A stretch of DNA of 64,000 nt from an uncultured archaeon (GCA_964551725.1 CAZKED010000001.1:55770-119769), one strand, 5' to 3'. Positions 1 through 9,216 are shown, counted from the stretch's first letter. A program made the numbers and translations. The notes: a model not told the origin generated them from the letters alone.

Positions 1-1758
1 GAAACAAAGAACGTGTATTACTGGGACGCGCCGGGAAGCGGAACATACTACTACAAGGTCACTGCAGTTGACTACGCCGGAAATGAAGGCACCACAACCG
101 ATCAGAATCACGCTGAACTCGACAAGACAGCACCCCAGACATCATTGCTCAGCATAAACGGGGGAGCATTGTACACTAATTCCGTAAACGTAACGCTGGC
201 TTTGTTCAGTTCGGACAACAATGCTGTAGAACACTGCTGGGCAAGCAATGATGGCAATACGTGGACAAGCATTGGAACCGTGGCAAGCTATGCCTGGGCT
301 CTAAGTGCAGGCAATGGAGTAAAGTCAGTGTTCTACGTTTGCGAGGACTATTCCGATAACAACTCTGCATTGAGCACCAAAACAATAATGCTTGACGCAA
401 CCGCGCCGAGCACCCCGGTTGCAGTGTGGCCGCTGGCTGCCGCGGTGTCAGGAGAAACATTCATGTGGGACTGGAACGCGTCAGTGGATGCCAATGTACC
501 GGACGGGAACAGCGGAGTGCACCACTATTACGTGCAGTTGACAAGGAACGGGACATTCCTGCAGGACGAAAACGTTTACGACACGCACTTGACGCTTGTG
601 GGACGCACTCCCGGAGTTTACGTGCTGACAGTTGCCGGCGTGGACAACGCAGGAAACCAGTCGGGAACGCTGACGTTCTCCAACGTAACGGTTGATTTGA
701 CAATTCCAAGCGCTGCACCCACCAACCCGTTGCTCAATACGGGAGAGAGATTCAAGTGGACAAACAGCACAAGCGTTGACTTCAACTTTACTGCAACGGA
801 CGACACGGCTGTTTCAGCATGCCTGATAACACCCTACAAGAACAAAGTAGCACAGACAGCGGTGGCAGTTGTTCCGGTAGGAGGAGTGTGCGGTTACACT
901 TTAACCAGCCTGTCAAGCGGGGATTCAGCATATGCTACAATTGACGTTAACGACAGCGTGGGCAACTGGAGCGGCAGCACAGTGAACACAGCAACCTACA
1001 TTGTTGACACCACAGCGCCTGGAGTCGCAATAATCTCCCCGACATCAAGCTCAATACTCAGCGACACAACTCCAACGGTTAGATTCCACGCTTGGGACAG
1101 CTACGAGGAAAGCGACGTGAACACGGACTCGTTCGTGATTGACACCAACGGAGTGACAAGGGTTGTTACAATAACGTGCGACAACAACGCTCCCAACAGC
1201 TGGGACTGCAACTTTGATGTATCGCCGGCATTCGCTGACCCGAGCACGGACCAGAATCTTGAAGTAACAGTGTACGACAGGGCAGGAAACAGTTCCACTG
1301 CAACAGTAACGGACCTGAACTTTGACTCAAGCGATTACATAACAGTGGTAGATGTCAACGCGCACAAGTCAAGGGGAACAAATGCCAATACCTATGCAAC
1401 TGGATGGCAGTGGGACTTCAACATCATTCTCGGAACAGCTTCGGGCAACGACAAGAACAAGATAAGGTTCAAGCTGGCAAACTTCACTACTAGTTCAAAC
1501 TATGCTGGGCTGAAAACGCTCGCGGTTGACGGAAACGCGAGAATGGTCTACGACGCCAACGTCGGCGGAGCACAGTCTACGCAGACGTACAACATACAGA
1601 CAGACTACAACGCTCAGAGAACAGTATATGCACTTTGGGACCACAACCCGAATACCGCGGGAATAGACGCAAACTTCTACATACAGGTGAAAATCCCAAG
1701 CCCCATGGCTTCGGGAACCTACAGGTCAACCTACGGCATAAGGTCGTATAGCAGCTAA
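1..1758 (+). CDS. Surface (S-layer-like) protein with tandem Ig/FN3-like repeats; 5' partial
   Basis: The frame is open from base 1. Repeated D.TAP ... D.AGN boundaries are typical of Big/FN3 domains. The protein is T/S/N/D-rich with 24 D-x-N motifs. Confidence 0.75.
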   Translation, partial: ETKNVYYWDAPGSGTYYYKVTAVDYAGNEGTTTDQNHAELDKTAPQTSLLSINGGALYTNSVNVTLALFSSDNNAVEHCWASNDGNTWTSIGTVASYAWALSAGNGVKSVFYVCEDYSDNNSALSTKTIMLDATAPSTPVAVWPLAAAVSGETFMWDWNASVDANVPDGNSGVHHYYVQLTRNGTFLQDENVYDTHLTLVGRTPGVYVLTVAGVDNAGNQSGTLTFSNVTVDLTIPSAAPTNPLLNTGERFKWTNSTSVDFNFTATDDTAVSACLITPYKNKVAQTAVAVVPVGGVCGYTLTSLSSGDSAYATIDVNDSVGNWSGSTVNTATYIVDTTAPGVAIISPTSSSILSDTTPTVRFHAWDSYEESDVNTDSFVIDTNGVTRVVTITCDNNAPNSWDCNFDVSPAFADPSTDQNLEVTVYDRAGNSSTATVTDLNFDSSDYITVVDVNAHKSRGTNANTYATGWQWDFNIILGTASGNDKNKIRFKLANFTTSSNYAGLKTLAVDGNARMVYDANVGGAQSTQTYNIQTDYNAQRTVYALWDHNPNTAGIDANFYIQVKIPSPMASGTYRSTYGIRSYSS

Positions 1759-1780
1759 AAATGAAAAGGAGTAGAATGCT

Positions 1781-3424
1781 ATGAATAAACTCAGGGCTTC
1801 GGCCCTTTTATTTTTTATTTTAATTCTTGGAATAATGTTCATCAACGCAGCGGAAATAACAGGCACTATTGGCCCTGACGAAAACACGCAGAGCGGCTTT
1901 ACCGGAGATAGCGGACCGGAAGGGGAAAATTTACTTACAAACGGCACTGCCTGCGATACAAACTCGCAGTGCAATTCCGGGCACTGTGCTTCGGACTACG
2001 ATGGAGTGGGAAAATGGTGTGCTGCAGTGAATTACTGCGTGCACAACGGCACAATCACTTATTCCAACGGGAGTACGCTTTGCTCTAATGCAAGCACGCA
2101 GCAGACATGCACTAACGGAACGTGGATTGCGACAATCTGCACCGGAAGCTGCACAGGAGGAAAATGCGTTGCGGCCACCCCCACACCGACTCCTTCTGCG
2201 CCTCCAAGCGGGGGACAGCAACAGGGACCCGGTGGAGGAGCAGCGCCGGGGGCATCGCCGAGCCCCAGCCCGAGCGCAACCGCCACTCCGTCGCCCACTC
2301 CAACGCCGGAAGAGGAAACCGTGCTCGAGACCTCGAAAACGGGAACCGTGACCGCGGGGGACGTTGACAAGGTCTTGGATGAAGCCGGGGTAACCGATCC
2401 CGAGGAGAAGAAAAAGGCGCAGGTTGCAACAGGGCTGGAATACAAAAAAGAAATGAAGGTTGTGAAGAAAACAGACCCTGAAACAGGCGAGGTAACCTAC
2501 GAATCGCAGTTCACCATTACGGTCAGGAACCCGACGGACAAAAAACTCACCAACTTCTGCGTAATTCAGAGAATTCCCCCCGAAACAGGGGCAACAGCCG
2601 AAACATTCAGTTCCCCTTACGAGTATTCAATACTCTCCGAGGAACCACTGATAGTGCAGTGGTGCATAGGAGAACTCGGACCGCATGAATCCGTGAAAAT
2701 AAAGTTCACAATAATGGAGCAGTTGACAGAGGAGGAATTCGACCTGTTTTCCGCCATAGGAACAGGCATAGAGGAAGAAGTGATAGTTGTAGGCAAGGGA
2801 AACGTGAAAGTCACGCTTTATGACTCGGAAACCGGCGCAGTCCTCGCGGTGCCGGTGAACGTAAAAATTTTCAGTGAAGACGGAGAGCTTGCGGCGGAAA
2901 AAATCGCCGCTCAGGGAAGCGTTGAATTCTTAGCCCTCAGCCCAGGAAATTATTGGATTGAAACAGAGAAAACAGAAGAATACGAGGCGGGAGAATCAAG
3001 CACTTTTAAAGTGAAAGCGGACGAAACCGCGGAAGTGTCAATAAGCCTAGAGCCAGTGGAAGAGGTAATAATCCCGCCCGAGGCGGACTTGAGCGGCTTG
3101 ATGTGGCTTATCATTATAGTGGCGGTGCTCGGTTTGCTGTACTATTTCAGGAAGCCGATTCTCGGAATGTTCGCGGCAAAGCCGGCTGCAAGGAAGGCGA
3201 AGACGCCGCTCGAAGAAGCCGCTGAGGAAGCGGAAAAGGCGGCTCCGGCAGCGCCTGCAGTAGAAGCCGAAAAACCAGCCAAACCGCCCAAAAAGAAGAA
3301 GAAAAAGAAAAGGAAGAAGCGAAAGAAGCGCAAGAAGAAAAAGAAGAAAAAGCCGAAGAAAGAGGAAAAGCCGGCCGAGCCCGCTCCCGTCATAGGCGGC
3401 GAGGGCACGGAATTCGGGGAATGA
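1781..3424 (+). CDS. Secreted, membrane-anchored surface protein: signal peptide, Cys-rich domain, Pro/Ser/Thr linker, beta-sandwich domains, TM helix, poly-Lys tail
   Basis: Hydrophobic N-terminus with an AGGAG RBS upstream. Cys cluster at about aa 58-129, TPTPSP linker, TM segment LMWLIIIVAVLGLLYYF, then a K/R run. Confidence 0.75.
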   Translation: MNKLRASALLFFILILGIMFINAAEITGTIGPDENTQSGFTGDSGPEGENLLTNGTACDTNSQCNSGHCASDYDGVGKWCAAVNYCVHNGTITYSNGSTLCSNASTQQTCTNGTWIATICTGSCTGGKCVAATPTPTPSAPPSGGQQQGPGGGAAPGASPSPSPSATATPSPTPTPEEETVLETSKTGTVTAGDVDKVLDEAGVTDPEEKKKAQVATGLEYKKEMKVVKKTDPETGEVTYESQFTITVRNPTDKKLTNFCVIQRIPPETGATAETFSSPYEYSILSEEPLIVQWCIGELGPHESVKIKFTIMEQLTEEEFDLFSAIGTGIEEEVIVVGKGNVKVTLYDSETGAVLAVPVNVKIFSEDGELAAEKIAAQGSVEFLALSPGNYWIETEKTEEYEAGESSTFKVKADETAEVSISLEPVEEVIIPPEADLSGLMWLIIIVAVLGLLYYFRKPILGMFAAKPAARKAKTPLEEAAEEAEKAAPAAPAVEAEKPAKPPKKKKKKKRKKRKKRKKKKKKKPKKEEKPAEPAPVIGGEGTEFGE

Positions 3425-3435
3425 GCAAATTCCCT

Positions 3436-3462
3436 GCTTCTTTTTTTATTTTCTGTTTTTTT
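3436..3462 (+). terminator. Oligo-T archaeal terminator
   Basis: T-tracts (cttctttttttattttctgttttttt) directly after the stop at 3424. Confidence 0.5.
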
Positions 3463-3543
3463 AAGTAGTTGGCGCTTTGCTGAACTGGCATTAGCGTTAA
3501 AAGAATTTTCTTTCCCTATTTTTCCGCTGAGAGAGTTGATTGA

Positions 3544-5337
3544 ATGCGGTTAAAGATTGAGAGGGAAAAGTGCGATTTATGCGAGTCAGCGCAGTGCATG
3601 AATTCGTGCCCGCTTTTTTTGGAAAAGAATGCGCTGAACTGCATCCACTGTAACCCGGAAGAAGCGGAGTGCAGGAATGCCTGCAGACGGAATGCCTTTT
3701 TTGAAATTGCCGAGGGCATTCTTTCAATCGACGAGGAAAAGTGCGATGGATGCGGGGAATGCGTTAAAGCCTGCCCCTACAATGCAATTGTGCTGGTGAA
3801 CGGAAAGGCGAGGAAGTGCAATCTCTGCGCCGAAAACGATTTCCTTGTTTCCTGCGCGGAGGGATGCGCGCGCGGGGCAATTTCAATCCGCTGGGAGAGG
3901 AAGGAAACCAGGGCAGCGGAAAAGGCATTCGGGTGGAGGGTTTTTCCGGTCAAGGAAAGGAACATGCGGGTTCTGAGGCATGGAAACAATGCGAGGATTG
4001 TCAAGTGCAACGGGAAAAAATGGTACTTGCTGGATTCAATGCCCGCGCTGACAAAGCAGGAAGCCGTGCTCCTCAGGAAAATACTGCGGGAATTCCAGGA
4101 AGGCAAATGGGAAAAGGGAAATCTGGAAGAGGCGGTGGAAAGGCATTGTTCCACGAATTCGATTGAACTGGGCGAGGAGCAGAAGGACTATTTTCTCGGT
4201 GTTCTGGGTTCTTCGGTGTACGGCTTCGGGCCTGTTTCCGTGCTCTTGGAGGACGAGGAACTCGAGGAGATTGCTCTCGCTGGATTGGGAAAATCGAATC
4301 CGTTGAGGGCATTCCACCGCGATTTCGGGTGGCTTGACTGCAATGCATACTTTTCAAGCGGCAAAGCCGTGAGGAACCTGGTAAATAAAATGATTGGAAA
4401 GATGGAGAGACGGCTTTCCACTGCAAACCCGAGGGTGAACGGAATGCTCTCCGACGGAAGCAGGCTGAATGCAACACTGCCGCCTGTTTCGGTGGGAATG
4501 CCTTCTTTTACTATAAGAAAGTTCCACACTCAAAAAATGACTCCACTGGAGCTTGTGGGCAACAAAACATTCAGCGCGGAATTAATGGCTTTCCTTTGGC
4601 TTTCAATGCTCAGCGAGTGCTCCGTTCTCATAGCGGGAAACACGGGAAGCGGCAAAACAACCACGCTCAATGCCCTGTTTTCTTTTGTTCCAAGGGATGA
4701 AAGGATTGTCGTGGTGGAGGAAACCCCTGAAATGCATTTCCCGCACGCGCACTGCGTGAGGCTTAACACTCTCGAAAGCAGGAACATTAAAATGCAGGAC
4801 CTCATCGCGGATTCGCTGAGAATGCGCCCGGACAGGATAGTAATAGGCGAGGTAAGGGAAAGGGGGGAAATAAAGGCGTTCGTTGACACGCTGCTGGCAG
4901 GGCAGGGAAAGGGCAGCTATGCGACAATGCACGCCCTGAGCGCAAGGGAAGCAGTTACAAGAATGAAGGCTTTCGGGGCAAGGGACGATGATTTGAAGGG
5001 AGTGGACCTTTTCATCGTGCAGAAAAGGTGGACTGAAACAGACCTGGAAAGGAACGAGCGGAGGGAAAAGAGGAGAATCACCGAAGTGGCTGAACTCGGG
5101 GAAAAAGGCAGGGCAAAGCGCCTTTTTTCACTTGACTTCCGAAGGGACAGAATAAAGAGGCATTCTTTTGGAAAAAAGCCCGTGGAAAAAATGAAAATCG
5201 CCTTCGGGCTTTCAAAGGGGGAAATAGAGGGGAAAATAAAGAAAAGGACGCTTGCACTGGAGGAATGGAAATCCGAGAGACTTTGCCTTAAAGAGTTCTT
5301 TGAGAGGGCGTGTGCTTTCAGGGAGGATGGAAAATGA
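3544..5337 (+). CDS. CpaF/TadA/VirB11-family secretion ATPase with N-terminal 4Fe-4S ferredoxin domain
   Basis: Four CxxC-x(2-8)-CxxxC motifs in aa 10-109. Walker A GNTGSGKT, Asp box VVEETPE, LRMRPDRIVIGEVR and His box TMHA. Confidence 0.9.
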   Translation: MRLKIEREKCDLCESAQCMNSCPLFLEKNALNCIHCNPEEAECRNACRRNAFFEIAEGILSIDEEKCDGCGECVKACPYNAIVLVNGKARKCNLCAENDFLVSCAEGCARGAISIRWERKETRAAEKAFGWRVFPVKERNMRVLRHGNNARIVKCNGKKWYLLDSMPALTKQEAVLLRKILREFQEGKWEKGNLEEAVERHCSTNSIELGEEQKDYFLGVLGSSVYGFGPVSVLLEDEELEEIALAGLGKSNPLRAFHRDFGWLDCNAYFSSGKAVRNLVNKMIGKMERRLSTANPRVNGMLSDGSRLNATLPPVSVGMPSFTIRKFHTQKMTPLELVGNKTFSAELMAFLWLSMLSECSVLIAGNTGSGKTTTLNALFSFVPRDERIVVVEETPEMHFPHAHCVRLNTLESRNIKMQDLIADSLRMRPDRIVIGEVRERGEIKAFVDTLLAGQGKGSYATMHALSAREAVTRMKAFGARDDDLKGVDLFIVQKRWTETDLERNERREKRRITEVAELGEKGRAKRLFSLDFRRDRIKRHSFGKKPVEKMKIAFGLSKGEIEGKIKKRTLALEEWKSERLCLKEFFERACAFREDGK

Positions 5338-6104
5338 TTCATTTTCCTTTTTCCGCGGGGAAATTTTTCGGGGGGAAAATGGGACTGCTTCGCGCTGTTC
5401 TTGCCTCGCTTTTCCTCTGGTTTCTTTTCTCCCTTGTTTTTCCCGGAATTGTAGAAGGAATCCTGTTTTTTCTTTTCTCCCTTTCCGGAATCTGCCTGTT
5501 CTCATTTTACGCTGCGGGGAGAGCGCGCAGGAGGCATGCCGAGAGAGTGAATGGAAGCATTCCCTTCTTTCTCCTGGGGCTCAGGGTAAAGCTTTTGCTT
5601 GGGAAAAGCATGGAGGAATGCCTCAGGGAACTGGGTGTTAAAGGAAAGGGCGCTTTTTATTCGGAGCTCGGGAAAACCGTGAGGGAATTCGAATGCCTGG
5701 GCGCGAGCGTTGAGGATGCTTTGCTGCATCTCGCGGAGAGGGTTGATTCCATTCCACTGAAGCGCGCTGTTTCCTGCATAGTGCAGCTGAGCGAGCAGGG
5801 CTTCTCTGCCGGGGAACTTAACTCGCTGGGCATACTTGCAAGGGAACTGCTCGCCGAGGAAAAGGCGAAAATAAGGGAATTCTCTGGGAAAATCGTTGTT
5901 TTTTCCCTTATGTTTGTGGCTGTTTCCGCTGTTTTTCCGGCACTGTTTCTCGCGTTTGTTGCCGTGGGCTCTCTTTTTCTCGAAATAGGGTTGAGCCCGC
6001 TGCAGGCGGTCGTTGTTCCTGTCGTGCTCTTTCCGCTCATTGACCTGGGGGCAATGCTTTTCATTCGGGAAAAAATTCCTCTCATCGAAGCGGGCGGGGC
6101 GTGA
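5334..6104 (+). CDS. TadB-like / type II secretion system F domain membrane protein
   Basis: ATGA overlap with the ATPase stop. TM helices flank a T2SSF-like segment GASVEDALLHLAERVDS. Confidence 0.8.
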   Translation: MIHFPFSAGKFFGGKMGLLRAVLASLFLWFLFSLVFPGIVEGILFFLFSLSGICLFSFYAAGRARRRHAERVNGSIPFFLLGLRVKLLLGKSMEECLRELGVKGKGAFYSELGKTVREFECLGASVEDALLHLAERVDSIPLKRAVSCIVQLSEQGFSAGELNSLGILARELLAEEKAKIREFSGKIVVFSLMFVAVSAVFPALFLAFVAVGSLFLEIGLSPLQAVVVPVVLFPLIDLGAMLFIREKIPLIEAGGA

Positions 6105-6109
6105 ATTAA

Positions 6110-7051
6110 ATGAATGCACAGGTTTTTGGAATGGCGTCCGGAATGCTGCGGGCTTTTCTTTCAGGAAAAAAATACCTGGGACTGGAAAAGGAATTCAGGG
6201 AAGAGAGAGGCGAATCACTTCAGAAATTTCTTTCGCGGTGGTTTGCGCGGGGCGTTGTTTCCGCGCTTGTTTCTTGCGCTGCATTTCTTTTTTTTGAAAT
6301 GCCTTTTTTATTTTTTGCGCTTGCCGCTGTCCTGCCTGTTGCCCTGCCTTTAGGCGCGCTTTCCCTGCAATTGTTTCTCTTTGAAAGGGAAAGGGGAAAA
6401 AAGGAGGAAGCCGTGCCCGCACTGCTTCTCCAGGCTTCCATTTTTCCACCGAAAACGCCTGTATCGAAAATGATGGAATGTTTTGCGCTTGGGGAAAAAA
6501 ATGCCTTTGGAAAGGAGTTCAAGAAAGCGGTAAGGGAAGTAAAGCGCGGGGCAAGCGCTGCGGAAGCGCTGGAAGGAATGAAAGCCAGGAACAGGGGAAG
6601 GTTTTTCCGCGAGGCAGTTGAAATGCTTTTGCTCGCGGAGGAAACGGGAATTGAAATGAATTCTGTGCTGAGGGAGAAAGCGGAGGAAATAATCGAAGTG
6701 CAGGCCATTCTGAGAGAGCGTCTCTCGCTTCTTTCAATACAAAAAGCGACGCTTTTGCTCGGCGGGGGAGTAATAGTGCCTTTTATTCTAGGTCTCCTGA
6801 GCGGGATGGTGCGCTCCTTTGACTTGGGGGAGTTTTCGCAAATGCTTTCAGGCAGCGTTGCGTGCAGGCAGGAAATGCTTAATGCAGCGGTTTTTGCAAA
6901 CCAGGTGTTTGTTGTGGAATACGCGCTCGTTTCCTCCCTCTTCCTTTCCTTTCTGGAGGGAAAGCCCAGGAAAATTTTTCCTTACGCTTTGGTTCTTGTT
7001 CCTTTGGGTTTTGTTGTTTTTTCCCTTGCAGCGCGGGCTCCCGTAATCTGA
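6110..7051 (+). CDS. TadC-like / type II secretion system F domain membrane protein
   Basis: EFKKAVREVKRGASAAEALEGMKAR...ETG motif, multiple TM helices, operonic with the ATPase. Confidence 0.8.
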   Translation: MNAQVFGMASGMLRAFLSGKKYLGLEKEFREERGESLQKFLSRWFARGVVSALVSCAAFLFFEMPFLFFALAAVLPVALPLGALSLQLFLFERERGKKEEAVPALLLQASIFPPKTPVSKMMECFALGEKNAFGKEFKKAVREVKRGASAAEALEGMKARNRGRFFREAVEMLLLAEETGIEMNSVLREKAEEIIEVQAILRERLSLLSIQKATLLLGGGVIVPFILGLLSGMVRSFDLGEFSQMLSGSVACRQEMLNAAVFANQVFVVEYALVSSLFLSFLEGKPRKIFPYALVLVPLGFVVFSLAARAPVI

Positions 7052-7085
7052 TTCTTGCAGGGAACAGCCGTGCCGGCGGCAGTCG

Positions 7086-7101
7086 GAAAACTATTTTAAA
7101 T
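7086..7101 (+). promoter_or_regulatory. Putative BRE/TATA promoter
   Basis: GAAAACTA followed by TTTTAAAT upstream of the PAC2 gene. Confidence 0.4.
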
Positions 7102-7153
7102 CCTTTGATGTTATATGTGTGCAATTGAATTGTTTGCGCGGAGAGGTGTTTTT

Positions 7154-7909
7154 TTGGAAGGAAAAGTGGAATTTGTGGAGCACGGAAAGGTTGACTTGAA
7201 GGGTTATACTTTAATAGAGGGCTTTCCCGGGCTGGGCTTGGTCGGAACGATTGGAGTGAAATACATTGTGGAGAGGCTCAAGTTCAGGTCTGTCGGGCAC
7301 ATTGAGAGCGATTTCTTTGTTCCCATTATAAGGGTGCACGAAGGCCTGCCTGTGTATCCCTCGCGCATTTACGTTAACAAGCAGAAGAAGCTCGCGGCGC
7401 TTGTGTCCGAGCAGATAATTCCGAGGAATATGACGGCGACCATTGCCAGAAATGTGGTGGAGTGGGCTGCAAAAAAGGGAATAAAAAAGGTAATTTCAAT
7501 AGAGGGAATTCGGACAAAGGGCGCAAAGAACGGGGCGGAAATGAAGATTTACGGGATTGCCTGCAACGAGAAATCCAAGGCGGACCTCAAAAAATTCAAG
7601 GTTCCGATTGTAGGGGAGGGAATCACCACAGGCGTTACTTCAATGATTTTGCTTGAAATGTCGAAGCAGGACAAAATCGAAGCGTACTCTCTGCTGGGGA
7701 ACGTGAAAATCGCGGCAGACTACAAGGCTGCCGCGGAATGCCTCAAAAAACTGGACGAAATTTTGGGGAACCAGTTCAAAATAAACGTGCAGCCGCTGCT
7801 CAAGGAAGCAAAGGAAACAGAAAAAGCGCTCCTCTCGCACCTGGGAAAATTAAAGCAGACCGAAGCCACGGTTAAAAAGTTCGAGAAAGGCGTGCCCATG
7901 TACACCTGA
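7154..7909 (+). CDS. PAC2-family proteasome assembly chaperone/activator (PbaA/PbaB-like)
   Basis: LIEGFPGLGLVGTI signature and C-terminal HbYX motif (MYT). Start placed at TTG 7154 after a GAGGTG RBS. Confidence 0.9.
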   Translation: MEGKVEFVEHGKVDLKGYTLIEGFPGLGLVGTIGVKYIVERLKFRSVGHIESDFFVPIIRVHEGLPVYPSRIYVNKQKKLAALVSEQIIPRNMTATIARNVVEWAAKKGIKKVISIEGIRTKGAKNGAEMKIYGIACNEKSKADLKKFKVPIVGEGITTGVTSMILLEMSKQDKIEAYSLLGNVKIAADYKAAAECLKKLDEILGNQFKINVQPLLKEAKETEKALLSHLGKLKQTEATVKKFEKGVPMYT

Positions 7910-7925
7910 ATTGCCATTCGCTCAA

Positions 7926-8333
7926 TCAGATTTCGAGGGAAAGCATTCTTGCCGCGCTTTCCACTGCGTGCTCGCTGTACTGCTGCAGTCTTTCCCTTGC
8001 CTGTTCTTCGGAAACCCGCGGTCCAATCATTCCGCTGAGCACGGGCTTGTTGTATTGTAAAGCGAGGTCGGACATTTTTCTCGCGGCGTTCTCCGCCACT
8101 ATTTTGTCGTGCCCTGTGCCGCCCTGCAGTACGACGGCAAGGCATATTACTGCTGCAATTTCCTTTTTTTCAAGCATTTTTTTAACCGCGAGGGGCATGT
8201 CGAATGCTCCCGGCACGCGGACAACGGGAGCGATTTCAATGCCTAGTTCTGCGGCTTTTTTCTCAGCGAAAGAGAGCATTTTCTCTGCCATTTCTTTCCT
8301 GTAGTCCGCAACAACAACCCCTATTTTTGCCAT
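7926..8333 (-). CDS. ribH: 6,7-dimethyl-8-ribityllumazine synthase
   Basis: IGVVVADY...RVPGAFDMPLAVKKML...LQGGTGHD...YNKPV..GMIGP motifs. Confidence 0.93.
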   Translation of the reverse strand: MAKIGVVVADYRKEMAEKMLSFAEKKAAELGIEIAPVVRVPGAFDMPLAVKKMLEKKEIAAVICLAVVLQGGTGHDKIVAENAARKMSDLALQYNKPVLSGMIGPRVSEEQARERLQQYSEHAVESAARMLSLEI

Positions 8334-8347
8334 TTTACCGCCTTTTT

Positions 8348-8830
8348 TTACACTTTAAGCCCTGGGGCGTTCTCCGAGCCCTGCCTCTGCCCTGTTCCGG
8401 CTTTTTCGGTGAGGGATTCCGGCTTGAATAGGATGGCTAGAGCGTTCAGCCCGTGCTTTTCGCAGCGGTCCTTTAAAATTTCCGCAAGTCGGGCATCGTT
8501 TTCTGCCTCACTGGAGTGCACAAATACCTTTAAAATGTGATTTCCTGTCAAAATTTCGACGTTTATGAGGCTCAGCGATGCCTCGTGCGCGCACGTTTCG
8601 TCTATTGCCGCATCGCCAACAAAGCCGAATGCGAGTACCAAATCGCATCCCTTCTCGCGGAAAAGCTTGATGCAGGCGACAGGCAAATCCTTTATTCCGG
8701 GAACAGTATAGTGCTGGAATTTTACGCTGTAGCCCTGCTTTTTTATCTCCTTTTCCATTGCCTTAATCGCTATTCCCGCCATGTCGGCGCGCGCAAACAT
8801 TGTGTCCGCTATTCCAATTGTTTTCATCAT
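8348..8830 (-). CDS. ribC: Riboflavin synthase, archaeal type
   Basis: IGIADTMFARADM, TVPGIKDLPVAC, HEAS, VFVH and AGTGQRQG motifs; adjacent to ribH. Confidence 0.93.
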   Translation of the reverse strand: MMKTIGIADTMFARADMAGIAIKAMEKEIKKQGYSVKFQHYTVPGIKDLPVACIKLFREKGCDLVLAFGFVGDAAIDETCAHEASLSLINVEILTGNHILKVFVHSSEAENDARLAEILKDRCEKHGLNALAILFKPESLTEKAGTGQRQGSENAPGLKV

Positions 8831-9216
8831 CCCAGCCTCTGCATTCTGACAACGTCGCCGTTTTCCAGGGCGAGCTTCTCTCTGAGGTTTTTTTCCGAAA
8901 TCACTTCAACAACATTCTCCGGGTGCCTGTTTTTTTCAGGCACAACGATTGCGGAATCAAACGAGGCAATCCACACCCTGTAGGCGGTAAGCGGATTGAA
9001 CCTGCTCCCGCTCCTTTCAAATCCCTCCAGTTCAATCGGCTCTGATTCCTTCAGGAATTCTTTCATTTTTCCAACGTCCACTTCCAGGTTCAGCGTGCCG
9101 GGAAAGGGAAAAAAGCCCAGTTTCTCTCTCACCTCGTGCCTGTACTCGTGCAGTGAGAGGAAACGCTGTCCTTCGCCGAGACCGGATACCACCCTGCCAG
9201 CCAAAAATTCCGCCAT
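8827..9216 (-). CDS. ribK: CTP-dependent riboflavin kinase
   Basis: GRVVSGLGEG, LGFFPFPGTLN, H...VVEVI...LREKL.LENGD motifs. 4-bp overlap with ribC. Confidence 0.93.
   Translation of the reverse strand: MAEFLAGRVVSGLGEGQRFLSLHEYRHEVREKLGFFPFPGTLNLEVDVGKMKEFLKESEPIELEGFERSGSRFNPLTAYRVWIASFDSAIVVPEKNRHPENVVEVISEKNLREKLALENGDVVRMQRLG

Noticed and set aside
3290-3365. AAG-rich tract as a possible microsatellite or array
   Set aside because: It is a coding poly-Lys/Arg run with mixed codons and no regular DNA repeat unit.
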